Assembly: GCF_009914755.1 (NCBI RefSeq)
Contig: NC_060927.1
Direction: 5' to 3' (one strand)
Length of the DNA: 64,000 nt
Origin: the human T2T-CHM13v2.0 reference genome, Homo sapiens
Part shown: positions 8,701 through 22,905 of the stretch, piece by piece
Layout of the letters: the number at the start of each line of letters is the position of its first letter
Position numbering within the stretch: position 1 is the first letter of the stretch
Notes under the pieces: generated by a model
What the model was told of the DNA's origin: nothing
Seen by the model: the letters and a program-made list of their open reading frames with translations, nothing else
Database searches by the model: none
Position numbers and translations under genes: made by a program

Positions 8701-11700
8701 TTCCACTTGCAAATTCCACAAAAAGAGTGTTTCCAATCTGCTCTGTCTAAAGGAAGGTTCAACTCTGTGAGTTGAGTACACACACACAAAGAAGCTACTG
8801 AGAATTCTTTTGTCAAGAATTATAAGAAGAAATCCCGTTTCCAACCAAGGCCTCAAAGAGTTCCAAATATCCACTTGCACACTGCACAAACTAAGTCTTT
8901 CCATACTGCTCTATGCAAAGAAATGTTCAAATCTGTGAGTTTAATACACACATCACAAAGCAGTTTCTGAGAATGATACTGTCTAGTTTTTATACGAAGA
9001 TATTTCCTTTTGTACCATTGGCCTCATACTGCTAGAATTTTCCACTTGCAAATTCCACAAAAAGAGTGTTTCCAATCCGCTCTGTCTAAAGGAAGGTTCA
9101 ACTCTCTGATTTGAATACATACATCCCAAAAGAAGTTACTGAGAATTCTTCTGTCTAGCATTATGTGAAGAAATCCCGTTTCCAACGAAAGCCTCAAAGA
9201 GGCCCAAATATCCAGTTGCAGCATTTACAAACTGACTGTTTCCAAACTCATCTATGAAAAGAAAGGTTAAACTCTGTGAGTTGAATGCACATATCACAAA
9301 GTAGTTCCTGAGAATGATTCTGTCTAGTTTTTATACGAAGATATTTCCTTTTCCACCAATGGCCTCAAAGTGCTTGAAATCTCCCCTTGCAAATTCCACA
9401 GACAAGTGTCTCAAATCTGCACTGTCTAAAGGAAGGTTCAACCCTGTGAGTTGAATACACACACACAGAAAAAAATTCACTGAGAATTCTATTGTCTATC
9501 ATTACACGAAGAAATCCCGTTTACTACGAAGGCCTCAAAGAGGTCCAAATATCCAGCTGCAGACATTACAAACTGAGTGTTTCCAAAGTGCTCTATGAAA
9601 AGAAGTGTTAAACACTGTGAGTTCAATGCACACATCCCAAAGCAGTTTCTGAGAATGATTCCGTCTATTTTTTCTACGAAGATATTTCCTTTTCTACCGT
9701 TGGCCTCAAAGCGCTTGAAATCTCCACTTGCAAATTCCACAAAAAGAGAGTTTCAAATCTGCTCTGTCTAAAGGAAGGTTCAACTCTGTGAGTTGAACAC
9801 ACACCACAAAAAGAAGTTACTGAGAATTCTTCTGTCTAGCATTATATGAAAAATCCCGTTTCCAACGAAGGCCACAAAGAGGTCCAAATATCCACTTGCA
9901 GATTCTGCAAAAAGAGTGTTTCCAAACTGCTCTATGAAAAGAAACGTTAAACTCTGTGAGTTGAACGCAAACATCACAAAGTAGTTTCTGAGAATGACTC
10001 CGTCTAGTTTTTATACGAAGATATTTCCTTTTCTACCATTCACTTCAAAGCGCTTGAAGTCTCCCCCTGAAAATTCCACAAAAAGTGTTTCCAATCTGCT
10101 CCGCCTAAAGGAAGCTTCAACTCTGTGAGTTGAATACCCACAACCCAAAGAAGTTACTGAGAATTCTTCTGTCTAGCATTATATGAAGAAATCCCGTTTC
10201 CAACGAAGGCCTCAAATACATCCAAATATCCAGTTGCTGACTTTACAAACTGAGTGTTTCCAAACTGCTCTATGAAAAGAAAGGTTAAACACTGTGAGTT
10301 GAACACACACGTACCAAAGTAGTTTCTGAGAATGATTCTGTCTAGTTTGCATACGAAGATATTTCCTTTTCTACCATTGGCCTCAAAGCTTTGAAATCTC
10401 CACTTGCAAATTCCACAAAAAGAGAGTTTCAACTCTGCTGTTTCTAAAGGAAAGTTCAACTCTGAGAGTTGAATACACACCAGAAAAAGCAGTTACTGAG
10501 AAGTCTTCTGTCTAGCATTATATGAAGAAATCCCATTTCCAACGAAGACTTCAAAGAGGTCCAAATATCCACTTGCAGATTCTGCAAAAAGAGTGTTTCG
10601 AAACAACTGTATGAAAAGAAAGGTTAAACACTGTGAGTTGAACGCACACATTGCAGAGCAGTTTCTGAGAATGATTCCGTCTAATTATTATACGAAGGTA
10701 TTTCCTTTTCTATCATTGGCCTCAAAGCGCTTGATACCTCCACCTGAAAATTCCACAAAAAGAGTGTTTCCAATCTACTCTGTCTAAAGGAACGTTCAAC
10801 TCCGTGAGTTGAATACACACACACAGAAAGAATTCACTGAGAATTCTTCTGTCTGGCATTACATGAAGAAATCCCGTTTCCAACGAAGGCCTCAAAGAGG
10901 TCCAAATATCCACTTGCAGATTCTGCAAAAAGAGTGTTTCAAAACCGCTCCATTAAAAGGAATGTTGAACTCTGTGAGTTGAATGCAAACATCACAACTC
11001 AGTTTCTGAGAATGCTTCTGACTAGATTTTATGGTAAGATATTTCCTTTTCTACCATAGGCTTCAATGCCCTGTAAATACACCCTTGCAAATTCAACAAA
11101 GAGACTGTTTCATAACTGCTCTATAGGAGGAAAGGTTCAACTCTGTGAGTTGAAAGCAGAGATCACAACGTGGTTTCTGCGAATGATTCTTTGTAGTTTT
11201 TACATGAAGATATTTCGTTGTCTACCGTAAGGCTTCAAAGCACTCAAAGTATTCACTTGGAAATTTAAAAAAAAGAGTGTTAGAAAACTGCTCTTTCCAA
11301 AGTAAGGTTCAACTCTGTGAGTTGAATGCACACATAACAAACAAGAAGTTTCTGAGAATTCTTCTGTCCTGGTTTATATGAAGAAATCCCGTTTCCAACG
11401 AAGGCCTCAAAGACGTTTAAATATCCACTTGCAGACTTCACAAACAGAGTGTTTCCAAACTGCTCTATGAAAAGAAAGGGTAAACACTGTGAGTTGAACG
11501 CACACCTCACAAAGTAGGTTCTGAGAATGATACTGTCTAGTTTTTATACGAAGATATTTCCTTTTGTACCATTGGCCTCATACTGCTAGAATTTTCCACT
11601 TGCAAATTCCACAAAAAGAGTGTTTCCAATCTGCTCTGTCTAAAGGAAGGTTCAACTCTGTGAGTTGAGTACACACACACAAAGAAGCTACTGAGAATTC

Positions 11701-14700
11701 TTTTGTCAAGAATTATAAGAAGAAATCCCGTTTCCAACCAAGGCCTCAAAGAGTTCCAAATATCCACTTGCACACTGCACAAACTAAGTCTTTCCATACT
11801 GCTCTATGCAAAGAAATGTTCAACTCTGTGAGTTTAATACACACATCACAAAGCAGTTTCTGAGAATGATACTGTCTAGTTTTTATACGAAGATATTTCC
11901 TTTTGTACCATTGGCCTCATACTGCTAGAATTTTCCACTTGCAAATTCCACAAAAAGAGTGTTTCCAATCCGCTCTGTCTAAAGGAAGGTTCAACTCTCT
12001 GATTTGAATACATACATCCCAAAAGAAGTTACTGAGAATTCTTCTGTCTAGCATTATGTGAAGAAATCCCGTTTCCAACGAAAGCCTCAAAGAGGCCCAA
12101 ATATCCAGTTGCAGCATTTACAAACTGACTGTTTCCAAACTCATCTATGAAAAGAAAGGTTAAACTCTGTGAGTTGAATGCACATATCACAAAGTAGTTC
12201 CTGAGAATGATTCTGTCTAGTTTTTATACGAAGATATTTCCTTTTCCACCAATGGCCTCAAAGTGCTTGAAATCTCCCCTTGCAAATTCCACAGACAAGT
12301 GTCTCAAATCTGCACTGTCTAAAGGAAGGTTCAACCCTGTGAGTTGAATACACACACACAGAAAAAAATTCACTGAGAATTCTATTGTCTATCATTACAC
12401 GAAGAAATCCCGTTTACTACGAAGGCCTCAAAGAGGTCCAAATATCCAGCTGCAGACATTACAAACTGAGTGTTTCCAAAGTGCTCTATGAAAAGAAGTG
12501 TTAAACACTGTGAGTTCAATGCACACATCCCAAAGCAGTTTCTGAGAATGATTCCGTCTATTTTTTCTACGAAGATATTTCCTTTTCTACCGTTGGCCTC
12601 AAAGCGCTTGAAATCTCCACTTGCAAATTCCACAAAAAGAGAGTTTCAAATCTGCTCTGTCTAAAGGAAGGTTCAACTCTGTGAGTTGAATACACACCAC
12701 AAAAAGAAGTTACTGAGAATTCTTCTGTCTAGCATTATATGAAAAATCCCGTTTCCAACGAAGGCCACAAAGAGGTCCAAATATCCACTTGCAGATTCTG
12801 CAAAAAGAGTGTTTCCAAACTGCTCTATGAAAAGAAACGTTAAACTCTGTGAGTTGAACGCAAACATCACAAAGTAGTTTCTGAGAATGACTCCGTCTAG
12901 TTTTTATACGAAGATATTTCCTTTTCTACCATTCACTTCAAAGCGCTTGAAGTCTCCCCCTGAAAATTCCAGAAAAAGTGTTTCCAATCTGCTCCGCCTA
13001 AAGGAAGCTTCAACTCTGTGAGTTGAATACCCACAAACCAAAGAAGTTACTGAGAATTCTTCTGTCTAGCACTATATGAAGAAATCCCGTTTCCAACGAA
13101 GGCCTCAAATACATCCAAATATCCAGTTGCTGACTTTACAAACTGGGTGTTTCCAAACTGCTCTATGAAAAGAAAGGTTAAACACTGTGAGTTGAACACA
13201 CACGTACCAAAGTAGTTTCTGAGAATGATTCTGTCTAGTTTGCATACGAAGATATTTCCTTTTCTACCATTGGCCTCAAAGCTTTGAAATCTCCACTTGC
13301 AAATTCCACAAAAAGAGAGTTTCAACTCTGCTGTTTCTAAAGGAAAGTTCAACTCTGAGAGTTGAATACACACCAGAAAAAGCAGTTACTGAGAAGTCTT
13401 CTGTCTAGCATTATATGAAGAAATCCCATTTCCAACGAAGACTTCAAAGAGGTCCAAATATCCACTTGCAGATTCTGCAAAAAGAGTGTTTCGAAACAAA
13501 ACTGTATGAAAAGAAAGGTTAAACACTGTGAATTGAACGCACACATTGCAAAGCAGTTTCTGAGAATGATTCCGTCTAATTATTATACGAAGGTATTTCC
13601 TTTTCTATCATTGGCCTCAAAGCGCTTGATACCTCCACCTGAAAATTCCACAAAAAGAGTGTTTCCAATCTACTCTGTCTAAAGGAACGTTCAACTCTGT
13701 GAGTTGAATACACACACACAGAAAGAATTCACTGAGAATTCTTCTGTCTGGCATTACATGAAGAAATCCCGTTTCCAACGAAGGCCTCAAAGAGGTCCAA
13801 ATATCCACTTGCAGATTCTGCAAAAAGAGTGTTTCAAAACCGCTCCATTAAAAGGAATGTTGAACTCTGTGAGTTGAATGCAAACATCACAACTCAGTTT
13901 CTGAGAATGCTTCTGACTAGATTTTATGGTAAGATATTTCCTTTTCTACCGTAGGCTTCAATGCCCTCTAAATACACCCTTGCAAATTCTACAAAGAGAC
14001 TGTTTCATAACTGCTCTATAGGAGGAAAGGTTCAACTCTGTGAGTTGAATGCAGAGATCACAACGTGGTTTCTGCGAATGATTCTTTGTAGTTTTTACAT
14101 GAAGATATTTCGTTGTCTACCGTAGGCTTCAAAGCACTCAAAGTATTCACTTGGAACTTTTACAAAAAGAGTGTTAGAAAACTGCTCTTTCCAAAGTAAG
14201 GTTCAACTCTGTGAGTTGAATGCACACATAACAAACAAGAAGTTTCTGAGAATTCTTCTGTCCTGGTTTATATGAAGAAATCCCGTTTCCAACGAAGGCC
14301 TCAAAGACGTTTAAATATCCACTTGCAGACTTCACAAACAGAGTGTTTCCAAACTGCTCTATGAAAAGAAAAGGTAAACACTGTGAGTTGAACGCACACC
14401 TCACAAAGTAGTTTCTGAGAATGATACTGTCTAGTTTTTATACGAAGATATTTCCTTTTGTACCATTGGCCTCATACTGCTAGAATTTTCCACTTGCAAA
14501 TTCCACAAAAAGAGTGTTTCCAATCTGCTCTGTCTAAAGGAAGGTTCAACTCTGTGAGTTGAGTACACACACACAAAGAAGCTACTGAGAATTCTTTTGT
14601 CAAGAATTATAAGAAGAAATCCCGTTTCCAACCAAGGCCTCAAAGAGTTCCAAATATCCACTTGCACACTGCACAAACTAAGTCTTTCCATACTGCTCTA

Positions 14701-17700
14701 TGCAAAGAAATGTTCAAATCTGTGAGTTTAATACACACATCACAAAGCAGTTTCTGAGAATGATACTGTCTAGTTTTTATACGAAGATATTTCCTTTTGT
14801 ACCATTGGCCTCATACTGCTAGAATTTGCCACTTGCAAATTCCACAAAAAGAGTGTTTCCAATCCGCTCTGTCTAAAGGAAGGTTCAACTCTCTGATTTG
14901 AATACATACATCCCAAAAGAAGTTACTGAGAATTCTTCTGTCTAGCATTATGTGAAGAAATCCCGTTTCCAACGAAAGCCTCAAAGAGGCCCAAATATCC
15001 AGTTGCAGCATTTACAAACTGACTGTTTCCAAACTCATCTATGAAAAGAAAGGTTAAACTCTGTGAGTTGAATGCACATATCACAAAGTAGTTCCTGAGA
15101 ATGATTCTGTCTAGTTTTTATACGAAGATATTTCCTTTTCCACCAATGGCCTCAAAGTGCTTGAAATCTCCCCTTGCAAATTCCACAGACAAGTGTCTCA
15201 AATCTGCACTGTCTAAAGGAAGGTTCAACCCTGTGAGTTGAATACACACACACAGAAAAAAATTCACTGAGAATTCTATTGTCTATCATTACACGAAGAA
15301 ATCCCGTTTACTACGAAGGCCTCAAAGAGGTCCAAATATCCAGCTGCAGACATTACAAACTGAGTGTTTCCAAAGTGCTCTATGAAAAGAAGTGTTAAAC
15401 ACTGTGAGTTCAATGCACACATCCCAAAGCAGTTTCTGAGAATGATTCCGTCTATTTTTTCTACGAAGATATTTCCTTTTCTACCGTTGGCCTCAAAGCG
15501 CTTGAAATCTCCACTTGCAAATTCCACAAAAAGAGAGTTTCAAATCTGCTCTGTCTAAAGGAAGGTTCAACTCTGTGAGTTGAATACACACCACAAAAAG
15601 AAGTTACTGAGAATTCTTCTGTCTAGCATTATATGAAAAATCCCGTTTCCAACGAAGGCCACAAAGAGGTCCAAATATCCACTTGCAGATTCTGCAAAAA
15701 GAGTGTTTCCAAACTGCTCTATGAAAAGAAACGTTAAACTCTGTGAGTTGAACGCAAACATCACAAAGTAGTTTCTGAGAATGACTCCGTCTAGTTTTTA
15801 TACGAAGATATTTCCTTTTCTACCATTCACTTCAAAGCGCTTGAAGTCTCCCCCTGAAAATTCCACAAAAAGTGTTTCCAATCTGCTCCGCCTAAAGGAA
15901 GCTTCAACTCTGTGAGTTGAATACCCACAACCCAAAGAAGTTACTGAGAATTCTTCTGTCTAGCATTATATGAAGAAATCCCGTTTCCAACGAAGGCCTC
16001 AAATACATCCAAATATCCAGTTGCTGACTTCACAAACTGAGTGTTTCCAAACTGCTCTATGAAAAGAAAGGTTAAACACTGTGAGTTGAACACACACGTA
16101 CCAAAGTAGTTTCTGAGAATGATTCTGTCTAGTTTGCATACGAAGATATTTCCTTTTCTACCATTGGCCTCAAAGCTTTGAAATCTCCACTTGCAAATTC
16201 CACAAAAAGAGAGTTTCAACTCTGCTGTTTCTAAAGGAAAGTTCAACTCTGAGAGTTGAATACACACCAGAAAAAGCAGTTACTGAGAAGTCTTCTGTCT
16301 AGCATTATATGAAGAAATCCCATTTCCAACGAAGACTTCAAAGAGGTCCAAATATCCACTTGCAGATTCTGCAAAAAGAGTGTTTCGAAACAACTGTATG
16401 AAAAGAAAGGTTAAACACTGTGAGTTGAACGCACACATTGCAAAGCAGTTTCTGAGAATGATTCCGTCTAATTATTATACGAAGGTATTTCCTTTTCTAT
16501 CATTGGCCTCAAAGCGCTTGATACCTCCACCTGAAAATTCCACAAAAAGAGTGTTTCCAATCTACTCTGTCTAAAGGAACGTTCAACTCCGTGAGTTGAA
16601 TACACACACACAGAAAGAATTCACTGAGAATTCTTCTGTCTGGCATTACATGAAGAAATCCCGTTTCCAACGAAGGCCTCAAAGAGGTCCAAATATCCAC
16701 TTGCAGATTCTGCAAAAAGAGTGTTTCAAAACCGCTCCATTAAAAGGAATGTTGAACTCTGTGAGTTGAATGCAAACATCACAACTCAGTTTCTGAGAAT
16801 GCTTCTGACTAGATTTTATGGTAAGATATTTCCTTTTCTACCGTAGGCTTCAATGCCCTGTAAATACACCCTTGCAAATTCTACAAAGAGACTGTTTCAT
16901 AACTGCTCTATAGGAGGAAAGGTTCAACTCTGTGAGTTGAATGCAGAGATCACAACGTGGTTTCTGCGAATGATTCTTTGTAGTTTTTACATGAAGATAT
17001 TTCGTTGTCTACCGTAGGCTTCAAAGCACTCAAAGTATTCACTTGGAACTTTTACAAAAAGAGTGTTAGAAAACTGCTCTTTCCAAAGTAAGGTTCAACT
17101 CTGTGAGTTGAATGCACACATAACAAACAAGAAGTTTCTGAGAATTCTTCTGTCCTGGTTTATATGAAGAAATCCCGTTTCCAACGAAGGCCTCAAAGAC
17201 GTTTAAATATCCACTTGCAGACTTCACAAACAGAGTGTTTCCAAACTGCTCTATGAAAAGAAAGGGTAAACACTGTGAGTTGAACGCACACCTCACAAAG
17301 TAGTTTCTGAGAATGATACTGTCTAGTTTTTATACGAAGATATTTCCTTTTGTACCATTGGCCTCATACTGCTAGAATTTTCCACTTGCAAATTCCACAA
17401 AAAGAATATTTCCAATCTGCTCTGTCTAAAGGAAGGTTCAACTCTGTGAGTTGAGTACACACACACAAAGAAGCTACTGAGAATTCTTTTGTCAAGAATT
17501 ATAAGAAGAAATCCCGTTTCCAACCAAGGCCTCAAAGAGTTCCAAATATCCACTTGCACACTGCACAAACTAAGTCTTTCCATACTGCTCTATGCAAAGA
17601 AATGTTCAACTCTGTGAGTTTAATACACACATCACAAAGCAGTTTCTGAGAATGATACTGTCTAGTTTTTATACGAAGATATTTCCTTTTGTACCATTGG

Positions 17701-20700
17701 CCTCATACTGCTAGAATTTTCCACTTGCAAATTCCACAAAAAGAGTGTTTCCAATCCGCTCTGTCTAAAGGAAGGTTCAACTCTCTGATTTGAATACATA
17801 CATCCCAAAAGAAGTTACTGAGAATTCTTCTGTCTAGCATTATGTGAAGAAATCCCGTTTCCAACGAAAGCCTCAAAGAGGCCCAAATATCCAGTTGCAG
17901 CATTTACAAACTGACTGTTTCCAAACTCATCTATGAAAAGAAAGGTTAAACTCTGTGAGTTGAATGCACATATCACAAAGTAGTTCCTGAGAATGATTCT
18001 GTCTAGTTTTTATACGAAGATATTTCCTTTTCCACCAATGGCCTCAAAGTGCTTGAAATCTCCCCTTGCAAATTCCACAGACAAGTGTCTCAAATCTGCA
18101 CTGTCTAAAGGAAGGTTCAACTCTGTGAGTTGAATACACACACACAGAAAAAAATTCACTGAGAATTCTATTGTCTATCATTACCCGAAGAAATCCCGTT
18201 TACTACGAAGGCCTCAAAGAGGTCCAAATATCCAGCTGCAGACATTACAAACTGAGTGTTTCCAAAGTGCTCTATGAAAAGAAGTGTTAAACACTGTGAG
18301 TTCAATGCACACATCCCAAAGCAGTTTCTGAGAATGATTCCGTCTATTTTTTCTACGAAGATATTTCCTTTTCTACCGTTGGCCTCAAAGCGCTTGAAAT
18401 CTCCACTTGCAAATTCCACAAAAAGAGAGTTTCAAATCTGCTCTGTCTAAAGGAAGGTTCAACTCTGTGAGTTGAATACACACCACAAAAAGAAGTTACT
18501 GAGAATTCTTCTGTCTAGCATTATATGAAAAATCCCGTTTCCAACGAAGGCCACAAAGAGGTCCAAATATCCACTTGCAGATTCTGCAAAAAGAGTGTTT
18601 CCAAACTGCTCTATGAAAAGAAACGTTAAACTCTGTGAGTTGAACGCAAACATCACAAAGTAGTTTCTGAGAATGACTCCGTCTAGTTTTTATACGAAGA
18701 TATTTCCTTTTCTACCATTCACTTCAAAGCGCTTGAAGTCTCCCCCTGAAAATTCCACAAAAAGTGTTTCCAATCTGCTCCGCCTAAAGGAAGCTTCAAC
18801 TCTGTGACTTGAATACCCACAACCCAAAGAAGTTACTGAGAATTCTTCTGTCTAGCATTATATGAAGAAATCCCGTTTCCAACGAAGGCCTCAAATACAT
18901 CCAAATATCCAGTTGCTGACTTTACAAACTGAGTGTTTCCAAACTGCTCTATGACAAGAAAGGTTAAACACTGTGAGTTGAACACACACGTACCAAAGTA
19001 GTTTCTGAGAATGATTCTGTCTAGTTTGCATACGAAGATATTTCCTTTTCTACCATTGGCCTCAAAGCTTTGAAATCTCCACTTGCAAATTCCACAAAAA
19101 GAGAGTTTCAACTCTGCTGTTTCTAAAGGAAAGTTCAACTCTGAGAGTTGAATACACACCAGAAAAAGCAGTTACTGAGAAGTCTTCTGTCTAGCATTAT
19201 ATGAAGAAATCCCATTTCCAACGAAGACTTCAAAGAGGTCCAAATATCCACTTGCAGATTCTGCAAAAAGAGTGTTTCGAAACAAAACTGTATGAAAAGA
19301 AAGGTTAAACACTGTGAGTTGAACGCACACATTGCAAAGCAGTTTCTGAGAATGATTCCGTCTAATTATTATACGAAGGTATTTCCTTTTCTATCATTGG
19401 CCTCAAAGCGCTTGATACCTCCACCTGAAAATTCCACAAAAAGAGTGTTTCCAATCTACTCTGTCTAAAGGAACGTTCAACTCTGTGAGTTGAATACACA
19501 CACACAGAAAGAATTCACTGAGAATTCTTCTGTCTGGCATTACATGAAGAAATCCCGTTTCCAACGAAGGCCTCAAAGAGGTCCAAATATCCACTTGCAG
19601 ATTCTGCAAAAAGAGTGTTTCAAAACCGCTCCATTAAAAGGAATGTTGAACTCTGTGAGTTGAATGCAAACGTCACAACTCAGTTTCTGAGAATGCTTCT
19701 GACTAGATTTTATGGTAAGATATTTCCTTTTCTACCGTAGGCTTCAATGCCCTGTAAATACACCCTTGCAAATTCTACAAAGAGACTGTTTCATAACTGC
19801 TCTATAGGAGGAAAGGTTCAACTCTGTGAGTTAAATGCAGAGATCACAACGTGGTTTCTGCGAATGATTCTTTGTAGTTTTTACATGAAGATATTTCGTT
19901 GTCTACCGTAGGCTTCAAAGCACTCAAAGTATTCACTTGGAACTTTTACAAAAAGAGTGTTAGAAAACTGCTCTTTCCAAAGTAAGGTTCAACTCTGTGA
20001 GTTGAATGCACACATAACAAACAAGAAGTTTCTGAGAATTCTTCTGTCCTGGTTTATATGAAGAAATCCCGTTTCCAACGAAGGCCTCAAAGACGTTTAA
20101 ATATCCACTTGCAGACTTCACAAACACAGTGTTTCCAAACTGCTCTATGAAAAGAAAGGGTAAACACTGTGAGTTGAATGCACACCTCACAAAGTAGTTT
20201 CTGAGAATGATACTGTCTAGTTTTTATACGAAGATATTTCCTTTTGTACCATTGGCCTCATACTGCTAGAATTTTCCACTTGCAAATTCCACAAAAAGAG
20301 TGTTTCCAATCTGCTCTGTCTAAAGGAAGGTTCAACTCTGTGAGTTGAGTACACACACACAAAGAAGCTACTGAGAATTCTTTTGTCAAGAATTATAAGA
20401 AGAAATCCCGTTTCCAACCAAGGCCTCAAAGAGTTCCAAATATCCACTTGCACACTGCACAAACTAAGTCTTTCCATACTGCTCTATGCAAAGAAATGTT
20501 CAACTCTGTGAGTTTAATACACACATCACAAAGCAGTTTCTGAGAATGATACTGTCTAGTTTTTATACGAAGATATTTCCTTTTGTACCATTGGCCTCAT
20601 ACTGCTAGAATTTTCCACTTGCAAATTCCACAAAAAGAGTGTTTCCAATCCGCTCTGTCTAAAGGAAGGTTCAACTCTCTGATTTGAATACATACATCCC

Positions 20701-21377
20701 AAAAGAAGTTACTGAGAATTCTTCTGTCTAGCATTATGTGAAGAAATCCCGTTTCCAACGAAAGCCTCAAAGAGGCCCAAATATCCAGTTGCAGCATTTA
20801 CAAACTGACTGTTTCCAAACTCATCTATGAAAAGAAAGGTTAAACTCTGTGAGTTGAATGCACATATCACAAAGTAGTTCCTGAGAATGATTCTGTCTAG
20901 TTTTTATACGAAGATATTTCCTTTTCCACCAATGGCCTCAAAGTGCTTGAAATCTCCCCTTGCAAATTCCACAGACAAGTGTCTCAAATCTGCACTGTCT
21001 AAAGGAAGGTTCAACCCTGTGAGTTGAATACACACACACAGAAAAAAATTCACTGAGAATTCTATTGTCTATCATTACCCGAAGAAATCCCGTTTACTAC
21101 GAAGGCCTCAAAGAGGTCCAAATATCCAGCTGCAGACATTACAAACTGAGTGTTTCCAAAGTGCTCTATGAAAAGAAGTGTTAAACACTGTGAGTTCAAT
21201 GCACACATCCCAAAGCAGTTTCTGAGAATGATTCCGTCTATTTTTTCTACGAAGATATTTCCTTTTCTACCGTTGGCCTCAAAGTGCTTGAAATCTCCAC
21301 TTGCAAATTCCACAAAAAGAGAGTTTCAAATCTGCTCTGTCTAAAGGAAGGTTCAACTCTGTGAGTTGAATACACAC

Positions 21378-22905
21378 CACAAAAAGAAGTTACTGAGAAT
21401 TCTTCTGTCTAGCATTATATGAAAAATCCCGTTTCCAACGAAGGCCACAAAGAGGTCCAAATATCCACTTGCAGATTCTGCAAAAAGAGTGTTTCCAAAC
21501 TGCTCTATGAAAAGAAACGTTAAACTCTGTGAGTTGAACGCAAACATCACAAAGTAGTTTCTGAGAAAGACTCCGTCTAGTTTTTATACGAAGATATTTC
21601 CTTTTCTACCATTCACTTCAATGCGCTTGAAGTCTCCCCCTGAAAATTCCACAAAAAGTGTTTCCAATCTGCTCCGCCTAAAGGAAGCTTCAACTCTGTG
21701 AGTTGAATACCCACAACCCAAAGAAGTTACTGAGAATTCTTCTGTCTAGCACTATATGAAGAAATCCCGTTTCCAACGAAGGCCTCAAATACATCCAAAT
21801 ATCCAGTTGCTGACTTTACAAACTGAGTGTTTCCAAACTGCTCTATGAAAAGAAAGGTTAAACACTGTGAGTTGAACACACACGTACCAAAGTAGTTTCT
21901 GAGAATGATTCTGTCTAGTTTGCATACGAAGATATTTCCTTTTCTACCATTGGCCTCAAAGCTTTGAAATCTCCACTTGCAAATTCCACAAAAAGAGAGT
22001 TTCAACTCTGCTGTTTCTAAAGGAAAGTTCAACTCTGAGAGTTGAATACACACCAGAAAAAGCAGTTACTGAGAAGTCTTCTGTCTAGCATTATATGAAG
22101 AAATCCCATTTCCAACGAAGACTTCAAAGAGGTCCAAATATCCACTTGCAGATTCTGCAAAAAGAGTGTTTCGAAACAACTGTATGAAAAGAAAGGTTAA
22201 ACACTGTGAGTTGAACGCACACATTGCAAAGCAGTTTCTGAGAATGATTCCGTCTAATTATTATACGAAGGTATTTCCTTTTCTATCATTGGCCTCAAAG
22301 CGCTTGATACCTCCACCTGAAAATTCCACAAAAAGAGTGTTTCCAATCTACTCTGTCTAAAGGAACGTTCAACTCTGTGAGTTGAATACACACACACAGA
22401 AAGAATTCACTGAGAATTCTTCTGTCTGGCATTACATGAAGAAATCCCGTTTCCAACGAAGGCCTCAAAGAGGTCCAAATATCCACTTGCAGATTCTGCA
22501 AAAAGAGTGTTTCAAAACCGCTCCATTAAAAGGAATGTTGAACTCTGTGAGTTGAATGCAAACATCACAACTCAGTTTCTGAGAATGCTTCTGACTAGAT
22601 TTTATGGTAAGATATTTCCTTTTCCACCGTAGGCTTCAATGCCCTGTAAATACACCCTTGCAAATTCTACAAAGAGACTGTTTCATAACTGCTCTATAGG
22701 ATGAAAGGTTCAACTCTGTGAGTTGAATGCAGAGATCACAACGTGGTTTCTGCGAATGATTCTTTGTAGTTTTTACATGAAGATATTTCGTTGTCTACCG
22801 TAGGCTTCAAAGCACTCAAAGTATTCACTTGGAACTTTTACAAAAAGAGTGTTAGAAAATTGCTCTTTCCAAGGTAAGGTTCAACTCTGTGAGTTGAATG
22901 CACAC
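21378..22905 (-). repeat. Structural-variant HOR: 9-mer (1528 bp) ending in a hybrid monomer
   Basis: Homologous ORFs at 21353 and 22881 are 1528 bp apart instead of 2892. The hybrid sequence ...gtaaggttcaactctgtgagttgaatg-cacac-cacaaaaagaag lies at 22874-22917. Confidence 0.92.
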
